Assembly: GCA_038496445.1 (NCBI GenBank)
Contig: JALMLS010000064.1
Coordinates: 310,001-374,000, forward strand
Direction: 5' to 3'
Source: Trichosphaerium sp. ATCC 40318
Lineage: Eukaryota > Protista > Tubulinea
DNA: 64,000 bases
Below are positions 23,946 through 37,867 of this stretch, piece by piece. How positions within the stretch are numbered: position 1 is the first letter of the stretch; every line of letters begins with the position of its first letter. Made by a program: the position numbers and the translations under genes. The notes beneath the pieces are model-generated. The model was not told the DNA's origin. It did no database searches and saw only the letters and a program-made list of their open reading frames with translations.

Positions 23946-26900
23946 CTAATTGAAGCCTCCGTATTGTTTTGTTGGTGGTTTCTTTTTTTTACTTCTGACA
24001 GCCCTCGGTTTTTTGGATTTAGCACAAAGAGCGCTAGGTTTTGGTGGTGGTGGCACAATACCGTCATATCTAGAGTTAAGAAAAATGTAAGAAAACAGAT
24101 TATAACACGTTTTATAAAAGTTGTTTTACTTCGATAAAAAAAAACCACGTACGCGTATCCTTGTTTCCACCATCCTTGTTGTTTCTTAATATTTCTTTTC
24201 TTTGTCTTTGGTTTATGTGATCTCAAGATCTTTGCCTTTTGTTGCTTCTTCTTGGCAATGTTCATAATATCCGCCAAATAAGCGTGACGGTTGACATCCT
24301 TCTTAACCTCTTCTGTGACAGCTGGTGCTGCTTCTTCCAAAGATATTTCTCTGTAAGCGACAGGAGGTGGTGGTGGAGGAGGAGGTGCAGTCTACAAACA
24401 AAGTCAGAATACCAACTTGATCAAAACAAAGCAATAAGAAGTTCTAGATCGTACGAGTGATTGTAGGATATGATCCAATTCCTCGACTTGTTTGTGGTCT
24501 GCACCCAAATGAGCTGTTTTTATCCTCTTGGCACGGTTGACAAGGTTCCTTGTGAACGCCTTTGGTGTTCCAGCGTAAACGGAGATATCCGCTAGACGAG
24601 CAACAATATTTGCTACTTGCATGCTGTCATCTCCATTGAGTTTCTCTATGATCGCAAGAGCTTTCATGCCAGCATCTGTAGCACTCTTCCATCTCTCTTG
24701 AGCTTGGTACAATGTGATGAAGTGCTTGTAAGTCTAGGAAGAAGAGTATCAGTAAAAACACATTCTTTTTTTTTGAAAAAATTGTTTTCAAGTCCGTACT
24801 TGAGCAACACGTGAATGGTACTTTCCAAGTGATTGTAATCTGATATCTAATGCCTCTTTAAGGTATTTTTCTGCTTCTGCGTATTCTGTTCGCTCGATAT
24901 GTACAGCACCCAATCTAAACGAATGTTCAGCAAAAAAACTTTTGTTGGTTGTTTGTTACCTATTCAAGATACGTGCTACATCAGGATGCACATTACCAAC
25001 AGCCTTTCTCTTACTAGCAAGTGCTTTTGAGAACCACTCTTCGGCAGCATCGATACTGAAAGTCCCTTCGACTTTGTACTATAACAAGGTTTAGAAAAAC
25101 AATGAAAAGACAAGTTTATCAAAAAACGTACACCAAGTTCTTCTGGTTTGACCAAATAAAAGCAAGCCAACTCGTACATGACTAACAACAAATATGAGTA
25201 CTTAAATAATACAATAGCTATTGTGATATACAACGTACTATCTGATGTGTATGGGTGGTCATCTCCGAGTTTATCACAAGTGATTCTGAAAGCTCTATTT
25301 TGTGTTAGTTGTTTGAGAATTGTTATCAAGTTTCGTACCTCTTGAAAGCTTGATCAGCTTCACGATAACGTCTTAGACTCATGTATAATCTTCCCATACG
25401 TTGTAAAATACCAGCAACATTCAGATTCTCATGACCCATAGAATCCTAAACACGCAAATTAGACAAGCTTAATTTCGAATACGATTTTTTTTACCTCTGT
25501 GATTTTAAGAGCCTCTTTACCGCATTTTAGAGCTTCTTGAGGCTTTCTTTGTCTTTCGTATAAAGTAATCATGTGTTTGAGTGTCTAGGGGAATAAATAA
25601 GATCTCTAGAAGTAACATAATCTCGAGAGAACTTGAAAAAAAAATAGAAGAAAAAACATACTTGACCAACACGTGAGTTCTTTGGACCTAATCTTTCTTT
25701 TCTAATACGAAGTGTTTGCTTGAACAATTTTTCAGCTTTTGAGTATTTCTCAGTTTCAACATATAAAGAAGCAAGTCTGTTCAATACATGACTAACTTCA
25801 ACGTGATCTAAACATAAAGTAAACCATAACGATCAAAAAAACAATTCTCTTGAAGAAAAAAAAACATACTGTCTCCATGTTCTCTTTTCTGCAATTCAAG
25901 CGCTTTAAGAAGCAGTTTTTCAGCTTCGCCATATTGAGCTTTTGTAGCCAATATACGCGCCAAAGCATAGTCAACTCTAGCGACATCTAAAAACAAAGGG
26001 TGTTTGTAATCAAGTCTTCACGTGATTGGTTTTTTTTTTACCTTGAGTTTGACTACTAACTTCGTAGAAGTATCTAGCACGATCTAGAATGACTCTCGAA
26101 GCATCGAATTTACCCATCTCTTCCAAGAAGATACCAACTTCATAGTAAAGATCACCCGCAATGACATCAGTAGGGAAGTTATCTCCTCTAAACTCCAACA
26201 TAAGAACAACAAAAAAAATAATTACGAAGGTTTCTTACCTTGCCAATTCCGCTGTGTAACACTCAGAACATTCTCTCGATGTCTTTTTCTCAATGTTACG
26301 CCAGAATCTGAATAACTCGTATTTATGGTTTTTGTACAAGAGATGGAACATACTATTTAAGTAGTTAGTAAACAGACAAGCAAAGACTCAAAAAAAAAAA
26401 AAAGAGAAGAAAAAAGCGTACGTCATATGCGAAAGGCATTCACGGAGTGTATCCCAATCTTCAGCTTTTTCTAGTTGCCAACATAACTCTTCTACCTTTC
26501 TATCACTAACACCCTCTGTACTTGTTTTAAAGTACTCAGCTATAAATAGGATTGTGTTAGAATAGTAGCTAATCCAAGACGAGTTGCAAAAAAAAATAAT
26601 AACAAAAACTTACCGAGCTCAAGATGGACGCTTCTCTCAGTTTGTGAGTCTTGGAAGTACTTTTTCTTTACTGCTGTCCTTATATCACCATTTGAAAAGT
26701 TAAATATACCACCAGAACTGAACAATAAGTCTTCAACGACTAAGAAGAATGTAGACCATTTTTTGTTTGGAATATTCTTCTTTTCGAGCTATGAAAAAAA
26801 AAGCATAAGCACTCAAAGACGTCCAACTTTTTCGTACCAATTTGCCCAATTCTACTTCGTATAGTCCCCTTCTAGATGCCCATAGATAAGACTATAGCAA

Positions 26901-29900
26901 CACGTAAGTAACGAAGGAAAATATATAGCTCTGACTCACCATGAAGTATTTGACTGTACCACTGTTTTCTTTATCATAATCAGTTTCAAGTCTATCAAGA
27001 ACTCTCTCATATAGTTCAGAGGCATTCCTTGCTTGAAGATTCTTTGTTATCCTTGTATCAAGCTCTTCAAATTCACCCCATACGCTAATATCTTCGAGGA
27101 GGGTCTGCAAGTAACGAGGGTTACCAGCTTGCTTGCTTTTCGCTAAAGAACAACTGTTAACAAAGTGCCAAAACACAAAAAATATTCATACCAATCTTAA
27201 ACTCGTGTTTTTCGCTCAACCTCTTACTGTGTTGACTCAAGAACTGTCTAATGAAAGAAATACGTTCTCCTTCCTAAGCAATAGTCATTGAAACTCCTAT
27301 CTAATGACAACTTGAGACGTACGGATAGAGGAGACATTGAAAGTGTTGGCCAACTTCTCTTGATGAGTAAGTCACACTGTGGTCCTGGTGAGCAAGAAAT
27401 GACGACACGGACAAGCGCTGGGAACTGACGTGGTAACCACAAGTAGTTCAAAGCACTATCTATATCATCTAATGAATCCAAGGCATCCAGGACAAGAACC
27501 AATCTTTGTCTATGGTTCCTTTTCATTGTCTTTTCAAGCCAACTAGTAAAGATTCGAATAAGAGTATCATTTCTTGTTGGAATATCAGAAGTAGTATCAC
27601 CAAGAGTATCTTGTAGTTCATTCATTATTCTACGAAGCATAGCTGCATGGTCTGAAGATGATGGAGAACAACCAATATAGTGATCTAAAGTAAAAACAAG
27701 GTTAAAAAAAATTAAGATAAAAAAAATAAAAAGGTTTTCTTTTCGTGGTTTGTATGATGCGTACCAATAAGGATGTCCTCTGGATGATGTTGTCGGTACC
27801 TCTATAGATTTTAGTAAGTACATTAAGCTCTTTCCGTGGAAATAAACCAAAAGAAAAGGAGGTAAGGTACCTTTGCCCAATTTGCTAATAAAGCAGATTT
27901 ACCAATACCAGGGCTACCCACAGCAATAAGTGGTGTAGTAGTATTACTGGACGCGAATTTATCAAGTTCAAGGAACCATTGTTCTTTTGCCAAGTATACA
28001 TTTGTTAACCTCTTGCAGAATGAAACATGACGGAATCTTTCTTTTTGAAGAGGTGCCAATTCAGTGCCTAGAAAATGTTTTAACTATCAAACTTACGCAT
28101 CAAGAGTAGTTGATTGGTAGGTTTTTTACAAAACTGAGGCTTATCGAAGTACGTTTTATAACGTTAGTAAGGTTTTGAAAAAGTTTAAGGAGAAGATAGC
28201 CTCAAAATAGGCCGTGTTTTTCGAAAGAAAACAAAGGAAGTTGAGCTTTTTTAAGAGATTGAGTCACGTGACAAAGGTTTAACCAAATGTTGACAAGACT
28301 GTGGTACGTACCTTCAGGATACATTTGGTTCAAGTAGTATTCTAGCTCTTTATGTACAAGTTCTGCTAAATGAGAAGGTCTATTGTATCCAACGCAAGGG
28401 AACGGAGAACTTTGGATTGTTTGTTTCAATTCGTCTAGTTTTGCCTTGTGGAAGTTACCTTCACTCAAGAATTTTGATCTTTCAGATTCATCAACACTCT
28501 CAACATAGTAGCGATCTAGAAGAAGAAATTAGTTAAAAGTAAATCACGTGATAATTAACGTATATAAGCCTTAAACTCTCAACGAAACAAAAAAAACAAA
28601 AAGAGAAAATACAAAGTTGCTAACCGCGTAAGAAGAACCATGCTGCCTTATCACGTCCTTGGTAGTGTTGTTGAATAATCTAAACAATCATTGAGTCGAA
28701 TGGCAACGTTCTAATCCAAAAAAAGCAAAAAACGTACAGCTTGCATTTCAATCTCAGTAACAGACTTTTGAGCGTACTCTTGGAGCCATGGGAACTCTTT
28801 TGCTGCAATATCAAGTGATCTCTTTAATAATTCATCTTGTTGAGTAGGATTCTTGTAGGCATCTTGAGACTGACACCATCCGTACCCTTTTGAGTGTTAG
28901 AGTCCGTTTATACCACAATTAGAGACGTACGTTCACCAAGCATGCCAATAAACACGTTACATTTTTCTAGCTCACGCAAACACATAAGAAGAGTAGCAGC
29001 ACCTTGTGTTTGTGCTTCTGTTACTCCCCAACGTAAATCAACACAACTGAGTGATACATCTCTCTCTGAGCATAGTTTACGAAGTTGTGGTATGATAGTC
29101 TTTACAAGGTTATCACGCTCACCGTGCATATCGATAAACGGAGAAGAAAGGAAAATCCTAACCTACAAACACGCGTAAACAACAAAGAAAACTATTCTGT
29201 GAAAAAAAAACGTTTTCTTTACCTCTCTGTCAACGTTATCAGAAACAATTGCTACTTGTTGTCTCTTAATTATCTGAGGCGCTGTATCTATAGCTGTAGG
29301 TACAGGTGATGGTCCTAAAACGATTTTGAGAAGAGAAACATTTGATGCTTCAGAAAAGTTGTTCTAAAACTCACCGTTCGTTATTAGTGGCCTTGGTAAG
29401 TTGGAAGGTAATGCTGCTGGTTCTCTTGATGTTGTTGGTGCCATAGAAGCAGGTAGATTACCAAGTAATGCGGCTAGAAGGTGAAAATGAGATTGTGACC
29501 TTCGACACTTTTTTGTTTTCGGGTAACGTACCAACGCCTATGTTGAGCTTGTTGCTGAGATCTTGTTCTACGCGTTGAACGGTGTTCAACTCTGCTGCAA
29601 GGTGTACAATCTTCTTGCGAAGCGCTTGTAATTGACTATGCAAACCCTGTAAAGCGACATAAGCATTCTTTCGTTAAAAACGGCCTGAGTTAAAAAAACG
29701 CACAAGAAAGTTCTCTTGTGATACCACGAGGTGAGCAGCAGTCACCTCAATAGCACGGACTTTCGCTCTACCAGATTTCAATGGTCCGAGAGAGTTTAGA
29801 GCGACGTATTCGCCGAAATCCTTGTCATAAACGTCCAACTGGATTTTTGCGTTTATGCCTAATTTTAGAGCCACCTTTGACGTTAATTCGTCTACACCAC

Positions 29901-30574
29901 TAACAGCCAATCCCATACGGTGCTTCCTAAAACAATCCAACGGTTTTAGTACAAAAAATTGGCAAAACAACACGTGTTCTGACTAACCTGCATGCCCATT
30001 CTACTAACAGTGTGACTTTCAATTTTCGCTTTTTCTTCGTTGGAGCTACAGAAGAAAATGAGTTGGATGGCAAGTTACAAAAAATCTGTCGTACACGACA
30101 CAACTAGCTTCTTTGACACAGAAGATGGTGATGAAGGGAAGCTATAAGGCTCATACTTTGTGGGCGTTGATACAGGAGAAGCAGGCGCAACAGCAGGCGT
30201 AAAGTTCGGGTGTTGGGCCAAGTAACTCGAAACCTGGGTTTCTACCCACTGCACAGTAACTAATTTGCAACCTGGTATTGTTTTGTCATTATCAGTCACT
30301 AGTTAAAGACCTTTTTTCTAAAATACCTTTTGCTTCGGCATTTTTCAGTTTAAACCCTTTCTCTTTCAACTCTTTGGCTGTTGTGACAATATGTGTTACC
30401 TAATAACCGTTTTAACGGTGATGTTGTTGTTTTTAAATCAAATAGGGTTGTACTAACGTCTTTGCCTAAGATAAAGCTTATAGAACCACCGTGATCCTTG
30501 ATTTGCTTTGGTACACTCTTACGGGCTGTACCAACAAGCCCATGAAGGTGAAAAGATATACCAGAGAACGCCAT
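23946..30574 (-). CDS. BRCT + DUF4062 + NACHT/STAND NTPase + TPR protein (NPHP3/TEP1-like core)
   Basis: IKDHGG...VTVQWV (BRCT); RIFLSSPFIDMHGER...VDLRWGV...FIGMLGERYGW (DUF4062); GSPGIGKSALLANW and LVLVLDALD (Walker A/B); kinesin-light-chain-type TPRs; polyproline tail. Confidence 0.85.
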
Positions 30575-31249
30575 GTGTTGCGCGCAAGGTGGTTTTAAAC
30601 CAACTGTACTTCTTTTTTGAAAAACATTCAGATAAAAATAGAAAACACTCCCAAACCACTTACAGATGGTTTTAAAGAACTCCAACAAATCCTCAAACTC
30701 GTGAATATTTTTTGACGAAAAAAGGCGAAAAATCGGCCCAGCACTACTTTGCATCGCGAATTTAAAACCGAACTGCAGTGAAAAATGAAACTCATGTGTT
30801 TTTCAAGGATTAACCGCCTATTAACAGACAGATACAGTAGTTTGTGTATAAAACTGTTTAAACTGGTGCAAAGTAACTTAATACGGTCCCTCACGCGCTT
30901 TTACCGACGCTGTGTCTATCAGAAGCGTATTTAAGCAATGCTGTTACAATAAGTTGGAAGTCTATCCACCTTTCTTGGTTTTAGAAAACGCCGCAAATTA
31001 CATTGATTGTTTGATTTATGTACATATTTTACATTGTCTATTACAAAAAAAAACGTCCAAAACGGATTCGGCCAAACCATTCAAAAATCAAACCTGCACC
31101 TGTACTTTGTCATACTTGTACTTTCTTTTCTTTACAACCACTTTCTTATGGTGTCGCTTGCGTTTATACCCGATTGTACGAGCATCAACCTGAAGACAAA
31201 AAAATTAAACGGTTTCTCAAAATAACATAAAAAAAAAACCAAAACACTT

Positions 31250-33230
31250 CACTTTCGACTTGATCAATTGGTTGGCGTGTGGGTACAGTAAAGAAGCACA
31301 CTTGTAATGAGGAAAAAGAAAAAGGAGGGAGGTATCGAAGACTGCTAAAAAAGACAACATTTTCCATTGAAAATCAAGCGAATTTCGGAAAAAAATTTCC
31401 CTTTAAGAATACAAAAAACGTACTGTGTGCTCTTTATCTATTTCTACAACCCATTGCGCTGTATTAGGACGGTTTCTTGACACCTAGACAATGTAAGTCG
31501 TTGTTAAAACTGTTAAATAGTAATGACGCGTTTAACTCACCACATCAGCAACAGAGTAAGAAGACTCGAACTGATCATAATCTAAAATGACAGGAGAAAA
31601 AGGAGATATGTCACATCTGGCAAAAAGGAAGATACGAAGCTACAAAAAAAATAAGAAAGAAAAAATAAAAAAAACAGTAAAAGGAGAGAATCTATCATAA
31701 GATCAATTTTATAGCGACTTACACGTCCTCTAGACCAAACTGTAATCATTTCAGCATTAGATTTAACATATTTTGGTGTATCCTTTGACACGGAGTTGAA
31801 GAATCGAGCTTCATTGCCTTCACTCCTATTTTTTTCTTCAGTGTTTTTTTTCTAATTACTTTTGGAAATAATAACGTACTGTGCGTCTATGACAAGGTCT
31901 TTTAACCTTGGATTTGCTCTGACAAGCTTCTTTGGCATAAAGAAATTAGCCATATAGCCCACACTCTGTACCTATAATGAAAGTAAGCGAGATATAAATA
32001 AATTACAAAAAAAGTTTTTTCACCTTCGCATCAGCATATTTTACACGACCAACGTATTCGCAAATAAGGTCTTCCTTTTTGATTTTTTCCATTGTTATAC
32101 ACTCATACTGATACCTTTCAACGCTGTAATCATATGCCCAATGTCCAGGGAATATTTGATGTATCATAAGCTTCGTAGCAAGATCTTCTTTAAGCCAGAA
32201 AGGACGAACTGAATCAAATAATTTACGATTCTTAAAAAGAATTGCTTGATCCTCTTCACTGACTCCTTTCCAGATATTATTTGCTATATATTTTACATTA
32301 TCCTTAGCCAGTTTATACTTTGGCCAATGTAAACGATCCATCTTAACTGTTGAAGTGAAGAAAAGTGAGTTTTTTGAAGTTATTAATAAAAAATTATCGA
32401 TAAGGTTGTAGTTCTGTTAGGACATTTGGAAGGCGTCTTTATCGTACCTTTGCGTGGTATAGACTTATGTGCCGGACAATAGAAGGCTTTTCCGTCTGAA
32501 GTCTCAACTGCTTCGCATCCCACTTGTTTAGCGCAGTAATAATGATATAAGCCACCGCAACGTGATAGCATACATCCCATAGATGCATATTTCCCATCAC
32601 ATACTTTGCAACGCTGAAATTCAAGAGAGTTAGAGAGGAAAAAGCCCAAAAAAGCCCAAAAAAGCAAAAAAAAAAAGAAAAAATGACCGTTGACAGTTGA
32701 CACTTACCAATTTGTTAGAATGCTTCACCACCCTGCAAACCATATCGTCCAAAGATTCCTCTGGCGCCCTTGATGAGTATTCAACGCAAGTATCGTGCAC
32801 ATAGACCTAAACATGATTTACTTCGTTTTGCATTATGCATTGTGGGTATAAACGCACTGTCTCGCCTCGCACGAGCCTTGGTACACGCATGAGCTTATTG
32901 AACATTGAGTTTTTGCTTCTGTAAGAGAAATCAGTTCAAAGACAGTATTTTAGATTACAACTCACCTACCACAAAACAAGCATGGTTTCTCCGGTTTTAT
33001 TACATCCGATGCTAGTAATTGTAAAAAAATGGGTTAAAACAATTATTATCAGTACTCTGCTCAGTACTATCTGACTTACAATCATCAGATACACTTCCGC
33101 TTTCATAACCATCGTTCTGTGATGATTTTAGGGGAGATTGTTTAAAATAGTCTGTAAACGTACATAACGTATTAGATATTTAAGCATCAACACATAACCT
33201 GAAGGCCTCGCGTTGGCGCCAAAGAACAAG
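31250..33230 (-). CDS. Extended PHD (zf-HC5HC2H-like) + SET domain protein, putative lysine methyltransferase (ends approximate)
   Basis: VHDTCVEYS...CKVC...ASMGC...C...YHYYCA...CPAH; LICEYVG, GNEARFFN, LRIFLFARCDISPFSPVILDY. Confidence 0.75.
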
Positions 33231-33414
33231 GAATTTCCTTTTGTAAAAACAAAAAAAAACTGCAAGAAAAAAACGGCTACAGTCAGATTGCAGTCAAAGT
33301 CTGAATTGGCAATTTGTGGAGTAATGTTAAGCTAAAACGCGTCATTTGGATGGGCAAGGCGTTATGGAAAACCGTCTGTTAGCAGGTGCACGTTAGTTGG
33401 TATTCAAACCAGTG

Positions 33415-35101
33415 ATGAAGCGGAGGAACGAACCAGAGCTTTGTACGGCGCGCGCCATACGATACAATACCATTGAGGCACCAAAGACATCGTAAGCCTG
33501 CGGAAAAATGAAATAAACCAATCATCGCCGGAAATAACATTTACGTAGACTAACAGAGCTGCCAAGGGAACTTCAAAACGAAATATGTACACTTGACCCG
33601 CAACTTTTTATAATATGGCCACTACTCTGTGTACAAGCTTCTAAGACACGACTAAACGCAAACTTTCGAAAACATGGCTTGTGGCTTAAGTGGTACCAAA
33701 ATGGTAAATTAAAGCTCCTACGTGAATACAAGCACGGATTAAAAATAAGAACGAGTACGTGGAACGAAAGCGGACAACAGAAAGCCCAGCGTTTTTATAA
33801 TAACGGTCAACTGCATAAACAAGCGACAAAGTGGCACGACAATGGTCAAATAGAAGAGATTTGTAATTTCAAGGATGGTAGTCCTCATGGGGAAATTAAG
33901 CGTTGGTACAACAATGGGCAATTACGTGAGTTGTTTTATTGTAAGAATGGAAAGCAAGAAGGCGAAGGACGTACATGGGGAATCAAAGGAAACTTAAAAA
34001 TCCTATGCCAATACGGTAATGGAAAGCTAAACGGTCCTGTAAAAAAATGGCATCCAAACGGTCAGGTGCAAGAAGAGAGCTACTTCAAGGATGGTAAGAT
34101 ACACGGGGAGGTTAGGAGGTGGCATGAGAATGGCCATTTGGAGCTGAAGTGTACCTACAAGAATAGAAAAAAGGAAGGAATGCTTTACGGTACGTATTTT
34201 TTTTGGTTTGATCTTCTCGGATTTCTCGAAAAAACAGAAAAACCTGTTTTCTCTTCAAATCACTTTAAACCTTTTCGAATACCCTCCAGTAATTTTATTT
34301 AACACCCACTACGCGAAGGAAACCTAATACTACGTGATCACATGCGTAGGATGGGCGGGAGTAATTATTTATTAAAAAAATCAGATTTTTTGTATTAAAC
34401 GCTTATTTCTCGTTCTAGCTTGGCGTGATTCTGGCCAACGCCTTCAGTGCCTTTTTAAGGATGGTAAAGAAGAAGGAGAGTGCCAAACTTGGTATCCTAA
34501 TGGTAGACTAAGCGAGTTATGCTTCTATAAAAATGGAAAACTAGAAGGAGAACATAAACGTTGGCGTGTTGATGGTAGACTAGAAGAAAAGAGTTTTTTC
34601 CGAAATGATAAACTTCATGGAGAGCTACTAAGGTGGTACAGTAATGGTAGACTAAAAGAACAAAGTCACTATAAGAATGGTGTTCTAGAAGGTCGTGGAG
34701 AGACATGGTACTACGCAGGACAATTACAAGATCAATGCTTATATAAAAATGGTAAACCTGATGGTGATTATTCAAGTTGGCACGAAAATGGTGAACTTCA
34801 AGAACAATGTCATTTTAAAGATGGTAAACCAGAAGGTGTTGATAAAAAATGGTATGATAATGGTCAGTTACATACATATTGTACATTTAAGAATGGTTTA
34901 CTTGAAGGAAACTTTACAAAGTGGCATTATAATGGACAAAAGTGGGTTGAATGTAAATACAGAAATGGTAAAAAAGAAGGATACGCAAAGGCATGGTATG
35001 GTAATGGACAACTTCAAGAACAGACTTTCTTTAAAGAAGGTGATCAAGAAGGTGAACCAACAAGGTACTTTGCTAATGGACAGAGTTGTTGCATAATGTA
35101 A
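33415..35101 (+). CDS. F-box-like + MORN-variant (YwqK-like) repeat protein
   Basis: Exon 1 MKRRNEP..., intron, LTELPRELQNEI, then ~24-aa repeats WYxNGQLxExxxYKNGKxxG. One further ~230-nt intron at about 34190-34418. Confidence 0.8.
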
Positions 35102-35482
35102 TAAATAATATATATGATAAAACGTAAAAAAAGCAAAAAGCAAAATAAAAAGACGAAAAAGAAAATCACGTCATCCCATTGAATCGAAAAAACCAAAAAA
35201 AAAAAATAGTACTTCAAGCCCATCAAAGGGCCAGACAAGTGATGATGCTGAGCAACGCTAGTAAGGCAGGATTGTGACCTTGTATTCTCCGAAGTTTTTT
35301 GTACTAATGAATGATGGTGTCATCTAATTACGCTAGTTAATGGTCCCTGGTAGAGTATATATAGAGCTTCTCGATTGCTAGAAAATAACAAACAAAAGTA
35401 AAAACAAGAAAAAACAGAAATACACACGTAAGAATAACATTAATTTATAAGGCACTAGTATGGTATGGCCACAATTATATTA

Positions 35483-36365
35483 TATTTACAGTGTGTGGGC
35501 CTCTGGTTCATCTTTGAAATTAATAGCCCGCCTTGTCGTAGAACGACCACTAAATTATATGGTTAATAGGTCTGTTATATAGTGCGTGTTGCGGATCGTA
35601 CCGGCTAACTCTCTCCAGATTAACGAATCCGCCATCTCGCGTTGGGGAAAACAATTGTGTTTGTTTGCGATCTCTGGTTGGTCTAGGGCTACGACGTGGC
35701 GTAGTAGCTAGCTTTTTAGCTTCAAAAGAGCCGTTAGTTACAAATTAGAACAGTATGGGATTCATACGTGTTTTACGTGTAGTACGCTTTTTCTTGTACT
35801 CAGGGCTTGGAGAGCGGGCGTTTCTTACTCTGGTTTTGCGAACTACTCTAGGGCTCTTCTTTGGACTCTTCTTTGGGCTCTTGCGCTTCACAGGGCTGGC
35901 TTTTTTCCTTCTTGATACTACAGGGCTTGGACTATACGGCGTTAGATATTTTCACAAGCTTTTTCACTTTTTGATTACCTTCTTTCTCTACCACCAGCGG
36001 ATCCTTGTTCTAAACTAACGTCAGTACAAGTAATATTAAAATAGGCCAATTAGCCGTTACTTGAGAAATAGCGAAAAATTACCTCTAAAAACGCCACCAG
36101 TCTCTCTCTTTGGTTCCACCTTTGCATATGCAACACCATTAGTTGTTTCCGCCTTAATATTTCTTTCGGATTTTACAGCGCCACTGTTATCCTTTTTCTT
36201 TAGGAGCAATTGGTATACAACAATAAGTAGCATTGCGACAAGGAAAGCTACAAAGACTAAATAGCTTAGGTCCTCATACGCGCCAAAAAGCTCTAGAACT
36301 TTAGGGTTGAGCGTAAAGGCTGAAAAAATCAACGGATTTTGTGTGGTGAGTTCTTCTTCAGCCAT
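35483..36365 (-). CDS. Single-pass membrane protein with Lys/Pro/Ser-rich low-complexity tail
   Basis: TM segment LSYLVFVAFLVAMLLIVVYQLLL, then spliced SPKKSPKKSP-rich exons. End approximate. Confidence 0.5.
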
Positions 36366-36475
36366 TTCGTTAATGTTTTTTTTTTTGATGAGTATTCAGT
36401 TGCGGTTTTTTTTTTGATCTGACTTAAAAGTTTGGCTGAATAAGTGTGAATTCAACCACTTCACCAAACAGACAC

Positions 36476-37469
36476 ATGGAAAGCCCTTTGTCTGACCTAC
36501 AATTTCTTCAATTCTTAAGCAAGGCAGAGACTCCGCCAGTACAGGAAGGTTTCACCTCTTCGTTATCATCTTTTTGCGATAGCACCGTTAAACGGTTTTC
36601 ACCTTGGTCGGATAACCCATTTTCTGGATCAGCGGATGGCTCAGTAGCTTTTGATGCTATATCTACTTCACTCCCTTCAACAAGCGCTCTAACAAAAGTG
36701 GGACTTGTATTGGTAGCGTTTGCTGGTATTGGTGGCGCTATGTTTTATTGTTACAAGCGATTTTTTGATGGAAAGGGAACGGAGCGCCTTAAAAAAGAAA
36801 ATCAGGTATGATGCTAGTACCGCGAAATTATTTTACGCAACTACCAGTTGAAAGCGTGTTCAACAACAATAATCTCTGAATTCCAGTTTTTACTTTCCTA
36901 AGCATGCTAACTGGTAGTAGATTTATCGACTAGATAACATACGCTTAAAAGCGCACAACAAAGAGTCCGACATTGAAAACTCTCACCTCAAAATGCGTTT
37001 AGCTCAGTTAGAAGAACAAGTAAGTATTGACACGTATACGTCGCTTTCATCACTCGAGTAATAAAGCCGTTCTGACACTATTGTGAGGTCAACGAACTTA
37101 ATCATGTACTCATGACACCTGGTCATCTACCTGCTGAACAGCTTGAACTACTAAGGAGGTCTTTCGAGAAGGAACATAATAAACTACGACAAGAAAATAG
37201 CAATTTACGGCGTGAAAATAGATGTATTGTAGAGAACGAACGTTGTGGTATATGTATGGACAGTAAGATACAAAAGTAAGTATCATTCAGGCGTTAAATT
37301 TGAAGAAAATGGATTTTTTTTTTCAAGTTTTTTCGTTTTCGATCTAACTTTCTTGCTTAGAACTCTTGTACCTTGTGGTCATGGTATGTGTCGTAAATGT
37401 ACATCAATGGATCTTACTGTATGTCCATTCTGCCGTAAGATGATTGAGAAGGTAATACCACGTTATTGA
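36476..37469 (+). CDS. Membrane-anchored coiled-coil RING E3 ligase
   Basis: TM segment VGLVLVAFAGIGGAMFY, coiled coil, CGICMD...LVPCGH.MC..C...CPFCR. Confidence 0.75.
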
Positions 37470-37867
37470 TTTGTAAAAAAAAAAAAAAAGTGTGACGTTG
37501 CAACACATCGCAAATGTCTCACAATACCCCTCCTCTTTGTAATTATAGTAACAGACTAAATATATTATGTGTAACTTGCTGAACTCACTATTCGACTTTG
37601 AAGTATTGTTTGCTTGCGCCAGTAAGTGTGCACTTAGTAGCTGTGACATAATTCATTTTGTCTTTGAAAAGTAATGTTAAATTATGCCGATATTAACGTG
37701 TAGGAATCTGCAATTATCATTTACTTGTAGTTGCTATTGTGTTATACACGTTCCAGTGGTAGTTTCTAAAGTTATCGTATTTCGGAATCTTTTGGTGAGG
37801 AAGAAAAGGTCACGTGATTTTTGTCGCTAGTGATTTATAAAGACTGCTCATATTGCGAGTACTCAGT

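Noticed and set aside
33415-35101. Bacterial YwqJK toxin-antitoxin or an endogenous giant-virus insert
   Set aside because: The genes have spliceosomal introns and host-like flanks, and the window has no cognate toxin or viral hallmark genes.
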